Positions 61,331 through 64,000 of a stretch of DNA of 64,000 bases are shown here, piece after piece. The notes beneath the pieces were generated by a model. The model was given only the letters and a program-made list of their open reading frames with translations, did no database searches and was not told the DNA's origin. Made by a program: the position numbers and the translations under genes. Numbering within the stretch: the first letter of the stretch is position 1; each line of letters opens with the position of its first letter. The DNA comes from Heterodontus francisci (lineage: Eukaryota): the NCBI RefSeq assembly GCF_036365525.1, contig NC_090404.1, forward strand, positions 8,742,001 through 8,806,000. The letters run 5' to 3'.

Positions 61331-62027
61331 AAATATTAGAAATGTAATAGATTTTAAGCAAGTAAAGTGTGGGTGGGGAAACAGATAACAAAAGAGGTGT
61401 TGATAGGACAAGGTCACAGAGAATAACTGACCAGAAGGTCATGGAGCAAAGGCAAACGGTATGTTAATGATGTGCTGAAAGACAAAGCGTTAGCACAGAG
61501 AGGGTGTTACTTGACAGAAAAATGAACAGCCTGGCCCCAGGCACAAGCATGAAAAAAACAGTGGGTAGGCACAGTAGAAACAAACTAAAATAAAATGAAA
61601 AAATAACTAAAAATAAAACAGGGGGGCCCATCATGCTCTGAAATTATTGAACTCAGTGTTCAGTCTGGCAGGTTGTAGCGTGCCCAATCGGTCTATGAGG
61701 TTCTGTTCTTTGAGCTTGCGTTGATGTTCACTGGAACACTGCAGCAATCCCAGGACAGAGATGAGGGCAGGTGGGTGTGTTGAAATGGCCAGCAACCGGA
61801 AGCTCGGGGTCGTGCTTTCGGACTGAGCAGAGGTGTTCTGCAAAGTGGTCATCCAATCTGTGTTTGGTCTCCCCAATGTAGAGGAGACCACATTGTGAGC
61901 AGCGAATACAGTATACTACATTGAAAGAAGTACAAGTAAATCGCTGCTTCACCTGAAAGGAGTGTTTGGGGCCTGGGATAGTGAGGAGACAGGAGGTAAA
62001 TGGGCAGGTATTACACCTCCTGCGATT

Positions 62028-62371
62028 AGTTTAGTTTAGTTTAGAGTTACAGCACTGAAACAGGCCCTTCGACCCACCGAGTCTGTGCCGACCATCAACC
62101 ACCCATTTATACTAACCCTACACTAATTCCATATTCCTACCACATCCCCACCTGTCCCTATATTTCCCTATCACCTACCTATACTAGGGGCAATTTATAA
62201 TGGCCAATTAACCTATCAACCTGCAAGTCTTTGGCATGTGGGAGGAAACCGGAGCACCCGGAGGAAACCCAGGCAGACACAGAGAGAACTTGCAAACTCC
62301 ACACAGGCAGTACCCAGAATTGAACCAGGGTCGCTGGAGCTGTGAGGCTGCGGTGCTAACCACTGCGCCAC
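62028..62371 (-). mobile_element. tRNA-derived V-SINE (HE1-like)
   Basis: Near-identical to the other copies. Confidence 0.9.
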
Positions 62372-63165
62372 TGCAGGGGAAGGTGCCGTGGAAAGGGGAT
62401 GAGGTGGTGGGGGTAATGGAGGAGTGGACCAGGGTGTCATGGAGGGAACGATCCCTTCGGAATGCTGGGAGGGGAAGATGCATTTTGTAGTGGCATCACG
62501 CTGGAGGCGGCAGAAATGGCGGAGGATGATCCTATGGATGTGGAGGCTGGTGGGGTGGAAAGTGAGGACAAGTGGAACCCTGTTGCGGTTTTGGGAGAGC
62601 AGATGCGTCGGAGAAGGAGAATGGAATGGAATCCTTTCAGGAGTCTGGGTGTGAAGAATTGTAGTCGAGGTAGCTGTGGGAGTCAGTGGGTTTATAATGA
62701 ATATTAGTAGACAGCCTATCCCCAGAGATGGAGACAGAGAAGTCGGGGAAGGGAAGTGTTGGAGATGGACCATGTAAAGGTGAGAGAAGGGTGGAAATTA
62801 GAATCAAAGTTGATAGTTTTCTAGTTCCGGGTGGGAGCAGGAAACTGCACCGATACAGTCATCAATGTACCGGAAAAAGAGTTGTGGGAGGGGGCCTGAG
62901 TAGGACTGGAACAAGGAATGTTCGACATATCCCACAAAAAGACAAGCATAACTCGGATCCAAGCGGGTACCCATAGCAACACCTTTTACTTGAAGGAAGT
63001 GAGTGGAGTTGAAGGAGAAGTTGTTCAATGTGAGAACAAGTTCAGCCAGGTGGAGGAGGGCGGTGGTTGGGCCTCTGTTCAAGGAGGAAGCGGAGAGCCC
63101 TCAAACCATCCTGGTTGGGGATGGAGCTGTAGAGAGATTGGACATCCATAGTGAAGAGGAGGCGG

Positions 63166-63518
63166 TTAGTTTAGTTTAGAGATACAGCACTGAAACAGGC
63201 CCTTCGGCCCACCGAGTCTGTGCCGACCATCAACCACCCATTTATACTAATCCTACACTAATCCCATATTCTTACCAAACATCCCCAGCTGTCCCTATAT
63301 TTCCCTACCACCTACCTATACTAGTGACAATTTATAATGGCCAATTAACCTATCAACCTGCAAGTCTTTTGGCTTGTGGGAGGAAACCGGAGCACCCGGA
63401 GAAAACCCACGCAGACACAGGGAGAACTTGCAAACTCCACACAGGCAGTACCCAGAATCGAACCCGGGTCCCTGGAGCTGTGAGGCTGCAGTGCTAACCA
63501 CTGCGCCACTGTGCCGCC
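63166..63518 (-). mobile_element. tRNA-derived V-SINE (HE1-like), full length
   Basis: Near-identical to the other copies. Confidence 0.9.
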
Positions 63519-64000
63519 AGGAAACTGGAAATTGTCAAAATGACGCAGGATAGCAGAAGAGTCATGGATGTAGGTGGGAAGAGACTGGACTGGGGAGTAA
63601 AGATAGAGTCAAGATCGGAAGAAATAAGTTCAGTGGGGCAGGAATAGGCTGACACAATGGGTCTGCCGGGACAGTCCTGTTTGTGGATTTTGGGAAGGAG
63701 GTAGAAGCGGGCTGTCCGGGGTTGCGGAACTATGAGGTTGGAAGCTGTGGAGGGAAGATCTCCAGAGGAGATGAGGTCAGTGACAGTCCTGTGGACAGTC
63801 TCTTGATGTTCGGTGGTGGAGTCATGGTCCAGGGAGAAGTAGAAAGAAGTGTCTGAGAGTTGGTGCTGAGCCTCTGCAAGGTAGAGGTCGGTACGCCAGA
63901 CAACAACAGCACCACCCTTGTCTGCAGGTTTGACGACAATGTTGGGGTTAGACCCGAGAGAAAGGAGTGCAGCAAATTGAAAGGGTTACAGGTTACAGTG

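Larger units (their letters stand above)
61225..64000 (-). mobile_element. Penelope-like element (terminal repeat, GIY-YIG, RT), runs off the window
   Basis: VVYCIRCSQCGLLYIGETK, GVAMGT...YACLFVG...FFRYIDD. Confidence 0.92.

Overview
Vertebrate genomic DNA, very likely a shark or other cartilaginous fish (inferred from HE1/V-SINE-type and Deu-domain SINEs plus CR1, RTE, L2 and Penelope retroelements). The window is a transposon-saturated cluster of paralogous C2H2 zinc-finger (ZNF) cassettes. About nine copies are visible: two intact ORFs (14 fingers at 21392-22570 +, 7 fingers at 51498-52088 -), five pseudogenes and two orphan upstream modules. All copies share one design: a YY1/NRF1/GC-box module, a splice acceptor, a 5' leader made of three 'dead' zinc fingers with a 15-codon uORF and a fixed in-frame TGA, a start codon carved out of the finger linker (ACC-ATG-G), a pure finger array with no KRAB/SCAN/BTB domain, and a conserved 3' trailer. 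The region from about 20.6 to 52.9 kb is an old inverted duplication of a convergent ZNF pair, and its central block is flipped in one copy. Also present are a 3.7-kb G-rich 32-bp minisatellite, Penelope ends with a minimal hammerhead-ribozyme motif, two fold-back hairpins, solo LTRs and hAT-type MITEs. Repeat boundaries were read by eye and are approximate; no database searches were run.
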